Part shown: positions 37,512 through 50,613 of the stretch, in pieces
Position numbering within the stretch: position 1 is the first letter of the stretch
How the letters are laid out: every line of letters starts with the position of its first letter
Origin: Octopus sinensis
Lineage: Eukaryota
NCBI RefSeq assembly: GCF_006345805.1
Contig: NC_043012.1
Location: 4,216,001-4,280,000 of the forward strand
Reading direction: 5' to 3'
Length of the DNA: 64,000 nucleotides
Translations under genes and position numbers: made by a program
The notes under the pieces: generated by a model
The model's database searches: none
What the model saw: only the letters and a program-made list of their open reading frames with translations
What the model was told of the DNA's origin: nothing

Positions 37512-37707
37512 AACACACACATACATACATATATATTTCATGGCTGATTGCTGACATATTTTTCCACTTTGTATGGATATTTTATCCTGTCTCTGCAGTT
37601 CTATCAGCATTTGTGCGTTTGAAAATAGATTACCTTTATTTGTATCTCACAATACACATTTCAGCACTTCTAAAGCAAACATATGTTTGTTTACATTCTT
37701 TGAAATA

Positions 37708-37741
<34 letters not shown>

Positions 37742-38619
37742 ATCTGTCTATCTATCTATCTAATGTACACATGTGCATGTGTGTACACATGCGCATGTGT
37801 GTATTCCTATATCTATATCTATGTACACACACACACATATATATGACTCAGGGATCCAAGTGTAGGAAGTTGGTAAGTTTCAAGCAGTGAGTGGCAGTTA
37901 TAAAGAACAGAAAGTGGACAGTGTACTATAAGAAACAACAGAAATTTATTGGTATTGAGAGTTACATCCATTTTCCCATACTGATGTTGTAAGGATATTT
38001 GATAAGCTGATAGTTCCTATATAGTTCCTAAAAGTCCAAATTGAGTGAGTGGAAGAGGTAAAACACAGGCTACATATGTTTCTTAGCTAGTTGAAGTTCT
38101 TGATGTAATTCTTACGCAATGAATAATATTGAGCTTAGCTAATCATCAGGCTGAAATTACAGTAATGAAATGAAAGTTACATTGTTGCTCAGAATTTTAA
38201 AGTCAACTGTACCACAGTGGCGAGTTGAAGTGAATAGAGAAACCAGTAGTACAAATTAAAAAAAAAAAAAAATTAAAAAGGAAATTTCTTTTTGTATACT
38301 TTTTGATATTTTTACTTTTTTTTTAGCATTTGTTTTTTTTGTTTTGTTTTTGAACAACATTATAGGGTAGGTGTGAGTGGCTGGATCTGGCCTGTTAGAA
38401 CACGGAACAACTAGAATATCTGAGTTGGATATGACTGGTTTAAAAGCTAAAGGGTTAGATATTTGTTTTTATTAAAAAGCAGTAGTAATAGAAAAAACAA
38501 CAAAAAATGAAGGAGTGTTTTTAAATCCCCCAAATTTTATTTTTAATCATAATCCTAACTTTTACATTATTTACATTATTTACATTCAATGGATATTTGT
38601 CCTCATCTTGCTTGTTGTT

Positions 38620-38665
38620 AACACATCGTTTCGGCTGATATACCCTCCAGCCTTCTTCAGGTGTC
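38620..38665 (-). ncRNA. Minimal hammerhead motif, probably inactive in this copy
   Basis: Minus strand: GACAC CTGAAGA A GGCTG-GAGGGTATAT-CAGCC GAAAC GAT GTGTT. Stems I and II pair, but the U16.1 position reads A. Confidence 0.6.
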
Positions 38666-38780
38666 TTGGGAAAATTTTGAACCTGGATTCTCATTCCTAA
38701 GGTATTTTTCGATGTTGTTATTATTATTAATATATTTATTGTTGTTATTATTATTGTTATTATTATTATTATTATTATTA

Positions 38781-38959
38781 TCATTCAGTAGTTTTATTTT
38801 TATAACGTGTCACTACCGAGCGCAGCTCTGTGTGCCTTGGGTATGTGCTGTGATTTGTTGTGATGCTCTGATGGTTACTGTATTGAAAGTGTTCTGCATA
38901 GGATGTGTGCAGTGCCCAGTAGTGCAATTTTCTGTATGTTATATGTGTTTGTAAGTCCT
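38781..38959 (-). mobile_element. R4/Dong-like RLE non-LTR retrotransposon 3' end inside (TAA)n
   Basis: GLTNTYNIQKIALLGTAHILCRTLSIQ* (stop at 38875-38877) matches the QKxxLLGTAxILR C-terminus; (TAA)n on both sides. Confidence 0.75.
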
Positions 38960-39011
38960 TATTATTATTATTATTATTATTATTATATTATTATTATTAT
39001 TATTATTATTC

Positions 39012-39145
39012 ATCCAGCTGTAGAAACATTGCCAGATAAGACTGGAGCCTGGTGCAGCCTTCTGGCTTCCCAGATCCCCGGTCGAACAGTCCAACCCATG
39101 CTAGCATGGAGAACGGATGTTAAACGATGATGATGATGATGATGA
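39012..39145 (+). mobile_element. RTE 3' tail nested in the family P linker
   Basis: CATCCAGCTGTAGAAAC...(GAT)n. Confidence 0.88.
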
Positions 39146-39657
39146 TTATTGTTATTGTTCAGGTCACTGCTTGGAATCGAACTTGGAATCTTGGGGTTAG
39201 TAGCCTGCGCTCTTAACCACTATGCCATATGCCCGTAGGACAAATATCCGTCGAATGTAAATAAAGTACATAATTCCTCATCTCTTAAATATAGAACTGT
39301 ATCCTAACTTTTATTTTATACATTTACATGCTGGGGGTTGACAAATTCATCAATGATTTCATAAAGGAGTCAGTTATATGAGAAGTTTGTTGACCCCTGA
39401 TCTAACCCTTTCTTATTCCTGTATGCAGCCTGTTTTAACTGCAGCTTGTTTAATGCAAAAACTGATGTTGCATCCAAGTAATTCTGTTTAATCCTTGTCC
39501 TGAAATAACAGCGAGATGTTTATTTAATAGGTCTGTAATGGTTCTAATGGTCCACTGTCTTCGCTAATCTGTTTGTTTAGCTGAGGCAACTAATGTTATC
39601 ATTTATTAAATAATTCATGTCAGTGTTTGAACTATATGCTCACACACGCACACACAT

Positions 39658-39730
<73 letters not shown>

Positions 39731-39929
39731 TGTACATACATAAATATATATTCAGACATAAACATGCATATTCATATACAGAAGCAGCACAAAGTTTTGT
39801 CAGTGAACAGGTCGCGGTCTCAAAGCGACGAAAATATTTTGACAAATTAAATTTAAATGTTAAAGTGAATCTAACAGTTTTTGTGTGTTTCTTAAATGGT
39901 TTATAAACACCTTCTGCTCTGCAATTGTT

Positions 39930-39959
<30 letters not shown>

Positions 39960-39972
<13 letters not shown>

Positions 39973-40190
39973 TGTGTGTATATGTTTGTGTGTCTGTGTA
40001 TGTCCCCCAAACTTCGCTTGACAATCGATGCTGGTGTGTTTACATCCACGTAACTTAGCAGTTCAGCAAAAGAAACTGCTAGAATAAGTACTAGGCTTAC
40101 AAAGAATAAGTCCTGGGATCGATTTGCTTGACTAAAGACGGTGTTCCAGCATGACCACAGTCAAATGACTGAAACAAGTAAAAGAGTAAG
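39960..40190 (+). mobile_element. SINE family A tail
   Basis: Tail only. Confidence 0.8.
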
Positions 40191-41658
40191 CTAAGTATTG
40201 TCATTACTACCAATGGCAGAAGGGATATTTACACCAAATTAGACAGTTGAGAGATTGTATGAGATACTGTTGGATCAGGTATTGTAGTAGGTGTGGTCCT
40301 GTGATTCTAGCAGCTCAGTGGTTTAGCTGTGTCATCATAGTTATCCTTGTCATTGATATCTTTTGGAGCATAATCTTATGAACCAAAAGAAAAAAAAAAT
40401 GAAAGGAAAAAAGGGAGCCACTTACTGTAATGTGTTTTCTTTTTGCATGACACTATTGCCCAAGGTTTCCGTGGTCTTTTCCCTAAGCTTTTCTACCCAT
40501 GGACAAACCTAATCTGCTTTGCCCTTTTACATTAACATTTCTGTGATACACAATCCCTATTGATTGGCCCCGCTTTTTTTTTCACAATCTCTTTTGATCG
40601 GAATTCAGCCCCCACATTTATTCCTTCTTCCCAAAAAGAAAAGCTCTACTTTGTATTTTGTCCCTTCTGTGTTCAGCCCTGCGTGGCCAATAAAGAAATC
40701 TATCTTTGGTCTTGACTCACAGCTCACTGGTTCAAAGCATGTGCTACTGCAGTCTTATGGCTAAAATATGCCAAGAATATAATTGATGTTTTTATCAGAA
40801 AAAAAGCATGACAAAAATGAAATTGTTTTATGAATTACCTCATATATCATTTGTCCAAGAAAAGTACTTGTTTACAACACTTGAAATTAAAACAAAAAAA
40901 ATGTTACATTTGCTAGGTTCAATGTATTTGAGTGGTCAGCTTGCTATTGTAAAAACAAATTGTTAATGCATTTTTCAGACTTGAATGGTTGAATTAGTTG
41001 CTTAATGTTTGATGACATCCTGTTTATTGTTAGCCAGTTATTTTTAAATGTGAATGTAGTCATTTGATTTCCATCTCTTAAGTGTTTTGGAACTGCCAAA
41101 TATTCCTATTACGTATACTTATACGCACACACACACACACACACACACACACGTATATGTGTATGCGTGTGTGTATGTATATAAGTGTGTATGTGTGTGT
41201 GTGTCCTCTGTATCATTGTTATATGGTAGCTCCCTGCACTCTCTCTCTATATATGGCTACTGGGAATCAAGGGTAGCTACAGATCGTGTATAGTCTTTGA
41301 TGTCTCAATCTATCAAAATATTTGTTTCTATTTCACCACTCACTTCCCACTCCCCCTCTGTACTCTCTAATCATGCTTCTTTCACAATATCCTGCCACTT
41401 ATATTATGACATTCGAACCCCAAGGGTATGCCCTGGCACTTGCCACCATCTATATTTCTCTCTTCTTTTACTCAACCATCCCATTTATATTTTGACCCCT
41501 GCCCCTTGTGAGTATGCCCAGCACTTCGTCACCATCTCTATCCTGCTGTCTCCCATTCTCTCCCCCTCTCCTTCTCCTGTACTTTCCTCAGATTGGGTAA
41601 CCATGTATCTCTTTTGCGACAGTTCACCTGTTTCTATCTTCATTTCTGATCTCTCTCC

Positions 41659-41706
<48 letters not shown>

Positions 41707-41849
41707 AATCAGGGAACCTTGTATCTCCTCTACAGCAAGACACTTGTTTCTGTCTCTCTGTCTAACTATAATCTTTCATCATCCAACATAAGATCACCTC
41801 CTCCAATGCCCCCTCCTCTTTCAAAAGAGTTTTGTCTTGCAAGCACTTG

Positions 41850-42160
41850 ATGACCCTGTCATTGTAGGTGCACTTAAAAAGCACTCAGTCCACACTGTAA
41901 AGTGGCTGGCACTTGGAAGGGCATCCAGCTGTAAAAGCCTTGCCAAAACTAACCTTGCTTGTGTTTGTGCCACATAAGAAGCATTAAGTCCACGCAGCTG
42001 AGTGGTTGGTGTTAGGAAGAGCATCCAGCTGTAAAGATCCTGCCAAAAGAGACACAGAAGTCTGGTGCAGGCTTCTGCCTGGCCGGCTCCTATCAAACCG
42101 TCCCACCCATGCCAGCATAGAAGGTGAATGTTAAACGATGATGGTGATGTGATAATGATA
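41850..42160 (+). mobile_element. Older RTE-type 3' tail with duplicated GGAAGGGCATCCAGCTG block
   Basis: The motif occurs twice, followed by the hairpin and (GAT)n. Confidence 0.65.
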
Positions 42161-42263
42161 ATGATACATACATAATATATATGTATGTATGTGTGTATAT
42201 ATATATATATATATATTGTTGTATTTGGGGATGGTCATGTTGCCAGTTTAGCCAATAATATAT

Positions 42264-42294
<31 letters not shown>

Positions 42295-42515
42295 CACTCT
42301 TTACTCTTTTACTCTTATATTTGTTTCTGTCATGTAACTGTGGCCATGCTGGAGCACCACCTTTAGTCGAGCAACTGGTACTTAATTTATCAACCCCGAG
42401 AGGATGAAATGCAAAGTCGACCTTGGTGGAATTTGAACTCAGAACATAAAGACAGATGAAATACTACTAAGTATTTCCCCTCGCATGCCAATGTTTCTGC
42501 CAGCTCATTGCCTTA
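42295..42515 (-). mobile_element. SINE family E head/core joined to a family A-type tail
   Basis: Reverse complement reads ...GAGTTCAAATTCC...GACTTTGCATTTCATCC..., then the family A tail. Confidence 0.65.
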
Positions 42516-43308
42516 GACGCATTGAATATTGCACTCCAACATAGACTAAGTGTGAAAAATTTATAAATAAATCTGGAATGGTAGACAACTGGAGTAACTT
42601 TGATCATAAATCTGTCTGATCAAAGGTGACGATGGTGATGATGATGGTGATGCTGATGATGATGATGATGACGATGACGATGATGGCATACAATGTTACT
42701 TCTACGAATGTTTTTGCCTGGTACCAAAATGGGAAAGAAAGAGGTATTCCATACTCTGGAATGTGAATGTGTGCATAGATTCCTTCGCAGACGATTTATG
42801 TATACAAGACTTTGTATTACTTGAACTTTTTCAAAGATATCGATTAAAAGGCAAAGAAAAAATATCTAAATGCCTCAACCCCTATCAACCTTACCCCTGC
42901 CCTCTTCATCAGCAACTGCTTTAGTTGCAAAAAAAAAAAAGAGAGAGAGGTGGGGGGGAGAATACCTAGAAATATTTCAATAAACTTCATAAAAATCTAT
43001 ATTTATCTAAGACCATTCAATAGTCACTGACGGATGTTGTCAAAACCATCTCTTTAAGTAATTCATCTCTTAAAAGCTATAAAAAGCAGCATTCTTCACT
43101 TTCATCTTGAACCTGTTCTTCAACCAATCAAAACTATTTTCAGTAATAGACACACACACACACACAAAAAATAAATGATAACAACAAAATAAAAGAAAGA
43201 TTTTAAAAAAGTGCAGCTAATGGAGTTTGTACATTAAGAAGTAATCGAAAGTATAAATTCTTCTAAGTAGGGTTGAATAGGAAGCAAATTCTTTAGAAAT
43301 GTGTTTAC

Positions 43309-43353
<45 letters not shown>

Positions 43354-43706
43354 CAAAGATTCCTTTTTAATACTAACTTTCGCAGACAAATAAACCAAAC
43401 AAATTGTAATGATGGAATGTCTTTAATCTTCTGCAATTCTTAATTCAAACAAAATGAATAATCTGCATTGCACATTCTTACATGTCAACGTTGACAGATG
43501 GAGTTTTTGCTGCAAGACCATTGAATTGTGCCAATGTTTGTATATTCTTAGCACCTTGCAGACATTACTACTTAACATTGCTAAAAGCATTTCATTAGTA
43601 TAATGCTAACATGTAAGAATCAATATCTATGTCCACTTAGTGTATTCTAGAAAGTTCATTTGGGAGCTACAGCATGCATCCTTATCATCATCATTATTAT
43701 TATTGC

Positions 43707-43748
<42 letters not shown>

Positions 43749-44109
43749 AATTGTAAGATGTAATCTTTTGTTCCGTAAGGACAATAGAAGGAACCTTTGT
43801 CATTGTTATTGCCTTTCTGTCCCTGTTTGTTGTGTTAATTCAATGGAACCATTAAGGAATAATATAATCTTAAGAGAATGATTGTCTTAATTCTTGAAAA
43901 TCTAAATGTAGCCTTTATCTGTCTGTCTGTCTGTCCATTATGTATGTGTGTATGTATGTATGTATGCAAGTATGTATGTATGTATGTATGTATGAATGTA
44001 TGTATGTATGTAGTCACATTCGATCACAGCACCAGTAACAGTTAAGCTTCGTGCAATGGCCATACTCGATAACGAGGGGGCAGCCATAATGTATGTACAT
44101 ACATACATG

Positions 44110-44159
<50 letters not shown>

Positions 44160-44264
44160 AACATACATGCACACACATATATACACATATATACATGTAT
44201 ACATATATATATATATGCATTCATATACACACACATACATATACATATACATATATATATACAC

Positions 44265-44420
44265 CACTCTGCTGAGGAGTTGGTGTTAGGAAGGGCATCA
44301 AACCATAAAAATTGTGCCAAAAACAGACAGAGAAGTGTGGTGCAGTCTTCTGCCTGGCCACCTCCAGTCAAACCATCCATGCCAGCATGGAAGGCTGATG
44401 TTAAATGATGAAGATGATGA
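44265..44420 (+). mobile_element. RTE 3' tail (diverged)
   Basis: Same module as the other RTE tails. Confidence 0.75.
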
Positions 44421-44560
44421 TACAATTCTATATTTCTGAGATGTGGAATTTTGTACACAGTTTATTTTAGTTGGAATGGTGTCCTCATCTTGATTGTTGC
44501 TTTCACTACATTTTGGCTGTTGTACACTCCAGCCTTCTTCAGGTGTCTTGTGATTCACAT
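44421..44560 (-). mobile_element. Family P tail with a degenerate hammerhead
   Basis: Minus strand: GACACCTGAAGAAGGCTG...CAGCCAAAATG; end resembles TACAGTTCTATATTTAAGAGATGAGG. Confidence 0.7.
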
Positions 44561-45150
44561 AAATGCCTTGTTTGATTGAACTCAGAACCCCTGATGCTTT
44601 AATCCACTGACAGTGGATAAAGTGAGTGAGTGAACAATTTTATGTTTTCTAGGCTCATAAAATGAAAATAGGTCATCAAACATTTGGAGATCAAGTAACA
44701 CACATATGAGTCAAATTCAAGATGGCTTTTAGATGTTGAGCTGCTATTGGTCAACTCAGGTCATGTGGTGTTATTGGCTTGGAAGTGACATCAGTTCTTA
44801 TCTGAGAACAACAAACATATATAATAAGGCTTTTTTCATTTTTTTTTTCTACCAAATTCATTCCCAAGGTGGGACTGAACTTGAACTCACATGCTTTCAA
44901 AGTGAGTTTCTTAACCACATAACCATTCCTAATGATATTGTTATTCATTGACCCATGAATCACCAGGGCTCAATGTGTTGCAGTACAAATTGCACCTACC
45001 TTAAGAAGACACTGGTTCTAGTAGTTATAGCAGTGTTGTAGTAGTTAGTAGTTGCGACTATATATCCATATGAGCATGTGCATGTGTGTGTGCAAGCATG
45101 TGCGCATGCGTGTGTGTGTGTCTTATTGCTTTGAGATTGTGTAATAGCTG

Positions 45151-45364
45151 TAGGAGGGGGTGCTGAAAAGTTCCTGGCTTTGACAAAAAGAAAATACAAG
45201 GGGATTAAGTTAATTATGATTTTATTCAACATGTTCCCCTTGCAGATTCACACACTTATTGTAGCAGTCCTTCAGTTTTTCTAAGCCCTGTAATAGAACT
45301 CGGACTGTTGGGCCTCCAGCTAGGCCTTTTGTGATACCCTTAAAACCAGGAACTTTTCAGCAAC
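45151..45364. mobile_element. Mariner-like MITE
   Basis: TIR GTGCTGAAAAGTTCCTGGCTTT with a near-exact inverse at the right end. Confidence 0.8.
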
Positions 45365-45410
45365 TTGTGTGTGTGTGTGTGTGTGTGAGTGTGTGTGTGT
45401 GTGTATGTAT

Positions 45411-45930
45411 ATCATCATCATCATCATCATCATCATCATCGTTTAACGTCCGCTTTCCATGCTAGCATGGGTTGGACGATTTGACTGAGGACTGGCAAAC
45501 CAGATGGCTGCACCAGGCTCCAATCTGATCTAGCAGAGTTTCTACAGCTGGATGCCCTTCCTAACGCCAACCACTACAAGAGTGTAGTGGGTGCTTTTAC
45601 ATGCCACCGGCATGAGGGCCATTCCGGCAGTACTGGCAATGGCCACACTCAGAGGGTGTTTTTTATGTGCCACCTGCACAGGAACCAGCCCAGCGGTACC
45701 AGCAACGATCTCACTCAAATGCTTTTTCATGTGACACCGGCACAAGTGCCAGTAAGGTGACGTTGGTAAGGATCATAATTGAATAGTGCTTTTTATGTGC
45801 CACTGGCACGGGAGCCAGTTTGCTGCTCTGGCAATGATCATGCTCGGATGGTGCTCTTAGCGCTCCACTAGCACGGACGCCAGTCATTGAATTTGATTTC
45901 GATTTCGATTTCCCTTGCCTCAACAGATCT
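45411..45930 (-). mobile_element. RTE 3' UTR, longest fragment in the window
   Basis: Four subrepeats, hairpin and (GAT)n. Confidence 0.9.
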
Positions 45931-45952
45931 TATATATATATATATATGTGTG

Positions 45953-46574
45953 TGAGGGCGTACTGAAGAGTTCCTGGCTTTGAGAAACATAAAATACAGG
46001 AAGAACACTTACTCTTTTCCTTGTTTCAGTCATTTGACTGAGGCCATGCTGGAGCACCGCCTTTGATTGAGCAACTCGACCCTGGGACTTATTCTTTTGT
46101 AAGCCCAGTACTTATTCTATCGGTCTCTTTTGCCGAACCGCTAAGTAACGGGGACATAAACACACCAGCATCGGTTGTCAAGCAATGCTAGGGGGACAAA
46201 CACACACACACAAACACACACACGCATATATATATATACATATACGACAGGCTTCTTTCAGTTTCCGTCTACCAAATCCACTCACAAGGCATTGGTCGGC
46301 CCGAGGCTATAGTAGTAGACACTTGCCCAAGATGCCACGCAGTGGGACTGAACCCGGAACCATGCGGTGAGTAAAAAAGCTACTTACCACACAGCCACTC
46401 CCAGGAGGGTCAGTAAATTATGATTTTATTCAACATATTCCTCTCACGGATTCACACACTTATTGCAGGGGGCCTTCAGTATTTCTAAGCCCTGCAAAAG
46501 AACTCAGAAGGTCAGGCCTCCAGCTTGGCCCTTCATGATACTCTTAAAGCCAGGAACTTCACCCCCCCCCTTGT
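45953..46574. mobile_element. Mariner-like MITE split by SINE A
   Basis: MITE halves flank the SINE; short CAGGA duplication. Confidence 0.75.
46006..46401 (-). mobile_element. SINE family A, full length
   Basis: Head, core and tail. Confidence 0.92.
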
Positions 46575-46991
46575 CAATGAGTATCATCGTCACATAAGCA
46601 GCATCACTGTCCATTTCCAATATTCTGTGCAAACATGTCTGGCCATAGGGATATATTACTTCATTTGAAAATAGGCAAGGGTTAGCAACAGGAAGGGCAA
46701 CTGACTCTATCTAGAAAATCTGTTGCAATAAGTTCCATCTGACTTATACAGACATGGAAAAGTGAACATTAAAATGATGATGATTCTTTTATTTGCTTCA
46801 GTCATTTGACTGTGGCTAAGCTGGAGCACCGCCTTTAGTCGAATAAGTCGACACCAGGATTTATTTATTGTAGGCTTAGTACTTATTCTATGCCAAACCA
46901 AGTTACGGGTACGTAAACACACCAACATCGGTTGTCAAATGATGGTGGGGGGACAAACAAAGACACACAATCATACACACACACACATATA

Positions 46992-47751
46992 CAGGGGTTG
47001 GACAAAATAATAGAAGCACCTTAAAATTTCAAACAAATTTATTCTAATAAGGGGCAAGACCACCTTTGGCAGTAATTACAGCTTGAATTCTACGAGGTAT
47101 GGATTCGTGCAAAGTTTGAATTGTTTCCAAAGGAATTTTTGTCCATTCTTCAGCTAAAACAGGCTCCAGTTCTTGTAGTAATGAGGGTGGATGGTATCAA
47201 CTCCTTACTTGTTTTTCTAAAATGCTCCATAAATGCTCAGTAATATTGAGATCTGGGGCTGTGGTGGCCAGATAAGATGTTCAACTTCACTAGAATGTTC
47301 TTCGTGCCATTCAGTAACAACTTTAGCTGTGTGAATTGGTGCATTATCATCCTGAGAGATTGCATTTCCCTATCTGAAAGTTTTGGTTTCTTCCAAAGTT
47401 TTGTTTTGACGAGGAGGTTTTACCCTTTTTCTCAAGGGCTGTCATTACTTTTGAGACTGAATTTCTTGATATACCAAACATTTCAACTGTTTACGTTACA
47501 CTAGTGCTTGTCATATGAGCACCAACAATTTGACTTCTTTGAAAGTCTGAAAGATCTGCCATATTAATGAATTTTAATTACCTTTTTCTGATGATATCTG
47601 AAAAGAAACAGCAATTTTAGCAAAGTGTATGAAGCAACACTAATAATAAATCAAAAAGCATAAAAATAAACAAGCTTTTAACAGTTTTATAGATATTTTC
47701 AAATTATGATGCTATGATGCTAGATGTTGCCATTCTTTTGTCCAACCCCTG
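46992..47751 (-). mobile_element. Internally deleted Tc1-like transposon (DD36E spacing)
   Basis: TIR CAGGGGTTGGACAAAA and TA flanks; N-terminal MADLSDFQRSQIVG...; C-terminal QDDNAPIH...WPPQ(S)PDLNITEHLW...AKGG; one frameshift and one stop. Confidence 0.92.
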
Positions 47752-47769
47752 TATATATATGTATGTATA

Positions 47770-47895
47770 TCATCATCATCGTTTAACGTCCGTTTTCCGG
47801 GGTCTGGGGAGCCAGGGGCTGCTCCAGGCTCCAGTCTGATCTGGCAGTGTTTCTACAGCTAGATGCCCTTCCTAACGCCAACCACTCCGCGAGTG

Positions 47896-47896
<1 letters not shown>
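47770..47896 (-). mobile_element. RTE 3' tail with deletion
   Basis: Same module; hairpin partly missing. Confidence 0.75.
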
Positions 47897-47948
<52 letters not shown>

Positions 47949-48149
47949 GCATATATATATATATATATGTATTTTGATATTGTACATTTGTATACATAGT
48001 CAAGAAACGTGCGTCATCATTTTAATGTGTATTATTTTGTATAGAAATTTTTAGTACAATGTTAATAATAATATATTTAAATTTATATTTTATTATAGAT
48101 AATGTCTTTCATTATCAATTGAATTACTTTATGGAGGTTCTGTCTCTTA

Positions 48150-48191
<42 letters not shown>

Positions 48192-48562
48192 TACGACAGG
48201 CTTCTTTCAGTTTTTGTCTACCAGTTCATTCACAAGGCTTTGGTCAGCCCAAGGCTATAGTAGAAAGAACTTGCCCAAAATGTCACACAGTGGGACGAGA
48301 ACCCGGAACCATGTTTTCCCAATGTGTTCTTTTTTGAGAAGACTGATGTCATTTGCAGGAATTCAGCTGCTATTTCTTGTAGGCTGAGCAACTGTATAGA
48401 GATTCTCTTGTTTGGGTTGGCTTCTGTAGAAATATACATACTTAGCAGTACCATCTCTGGCAGTTAGTCAATGTACTGGATATTTCATGCCTGGCTTAAC
48501 TCCCAGTACCAGATCTGGTGAGAGAGACAGTGGGGAGGAGAGGAGGAGGAGGAGGAGAGAGG

Positions 48563-48667
<105 letters not shown>

Positions 48668-50169
48668 TGGCTGCGAAGAACTGAATAAACTATAAATTAA
48701 CCTGTAGTTTAGTAGTTTACAGTGCCAGAGACCAAATTCTTTCACTTCAGAATGTATGTAAGCAAGTATTATATACATATGCACTGCTGTGTTATGATGG
48801 CACATGTGTATGCATATTTGTGTGGGCATGTGTGTGTGTATATATATATATATATATGGTATGTGTGTTGATAAATATCCTGTGGTGTATAATAAAGTAA
48901 TCTGTTGCTCAAAGTGCTTTCTATAAGGAAAACTATATCGGAACTTCCATAATACATCATATAGAGAGAGAAAGAGAGAAAGAGACAGTGTGGAAGTAGA
49001 TGTAGCAGCAGCAGTAGTAGTGGGAGTTGTAGTAGTAGTAGTAGGCAGTAATATCAAGGGGTAATTTAAAAGCTCCAAAGGACTGTGGGTGTTTAGCATT
49101 ACATGAATTATGTTTAGGTTCTTCTCTTACAAACTGGCAAAATAAAAATAAAAAATGTTGGAAATAGAACACTGGAATTTCTGATTATGAGTGGGGGTTT
49201 TTTTTCTTCTTGTTTTGTGTTTTTTATTGTTTTTGTTTTTCTTAGTTCTTTATAAAAGTATCAGAAAGAAGAAAGAAAGAAATGAAAAGGAAAGAAAATA
49301 AAATAAAAACAATGAAAGCAAGACAGAAGAACAGGAGGAAGAACAGAAGGAAGAAGGATAGACTGAAAAGAGAATTAAAGGAAAAGTAAAGGGAAGAAAC
49401 TAAGGAGAAAGGAAGAAGACCCATGCAAAGATAAAATAAAGTACTTTACAGTTGTACTTAAAGTACCGCAATCCTGCCATTACCTAAGAATGAGTACAGC
49501 TTGGTAATAAATACAACACTGTTACTAATTGCCTGAGGTGCCTAAGTAGTAGTAAATTGATTAGTCAATTAGTACTCTTACCCATGACACTATGGAACAT
49601 CTAGGACAGTCATGGACTACCAGCAGCCCATGGGATGTTCTGCATGCCTAAATGGAAAATTACTTAATATTTGTTTAGTAGTGTGGCCTACCTAATTATG
49701 AGCCATATCTTATGTGGCCTGCTTCTTGAGAAAGGTTGTGCATGCCTGATCTAGAATGTGAAAGGGGAAGAGAGAAAAGGGCTGCACTAATAACTGGCTA
49801 ACATTCAGTTACAGCTGGGTTATATTAGAGTACTGTGAAATGAAATGTCTTGTTCAAGGTTACAATGCTCTACCAGATCCAGAAATTGAACCTATGACCT
49901 CAAGATCATGTGCTGAATACCCCAGGAATTAGGCCATGTGCTTTCACATTATTCTTGTAAAACAACCAATATGTGGTGAGCTGAAAAATTTTTTTACTCA
50001 AATGAAATTATAACTGCAATAGGAAAAAATGTCATTAGTGTTAATGAAAATTATTCTCAAAAGAAGCAGGGAAGAAAACTCTTGGGTTCACATTGTCAGA
50101 AATTAAATTTAAGTATGCTGGAGTAAGGAAGTGTCTGATATCTGGAAGTTTTGGAACAACTCAGGACAG

Positions 50170-50260
50170 TACAGTTCTATATTTAAGAGATGAGGAATTA
50201 TGTACATTATTTACATTGTTTACATTTGATGGATATTTGTTCTCATTCCTAAGGTACTTT

Positions 50261-50311
<51 letters not shown>

Positions 50312-50554
50312 GTTGTTGTTGTTGTTGTTATTATTATTATTATTCAGGTCACTGCCTGGAATCGAACTCGGAATCTGGGGTTAGTAGCCCATGTTCTTAA
50401 CCACTATGCCATATGCCCTGGAATCGAACTCGGAATCTTGGGGTTAGTAGCCCGTGTTCTTAACCACTACACCATATGCCCACGGACATATGGCATAGTG
50501 GTTAAGAACATGGGCTACTAACCCCAAGATTCCGAGTTCGATTCCAGGCAGTGA

Positions 50555-50613
<59 letters not shown>

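Larger units (their letters stand above)
38565..39300 (-). mobile_element. Family P: tRNA head + (TAA)n + hammerhead tail, with inverted 5' tail piece and 13-bp TSD
   Basis: TSD ATCCTAACTTTTA at 38552-38564 and 39301-39313; head at 39158-39234; inverted tail piece at 39237-39300; hammerhead at 38620-38665. Confidence 0.8.

Noticed and set aside
39795-39850. GTCGC/GCGAC stem followed by GAAA
   Set aside because: There is no CUGANGA core in front of the stem.
50484-50560. Functional tRNA genes in SINE heads
   Set aside because: A and B boxes are present, but acceptor and anticodon stems pair poorly and the heads run into SINE bodies.
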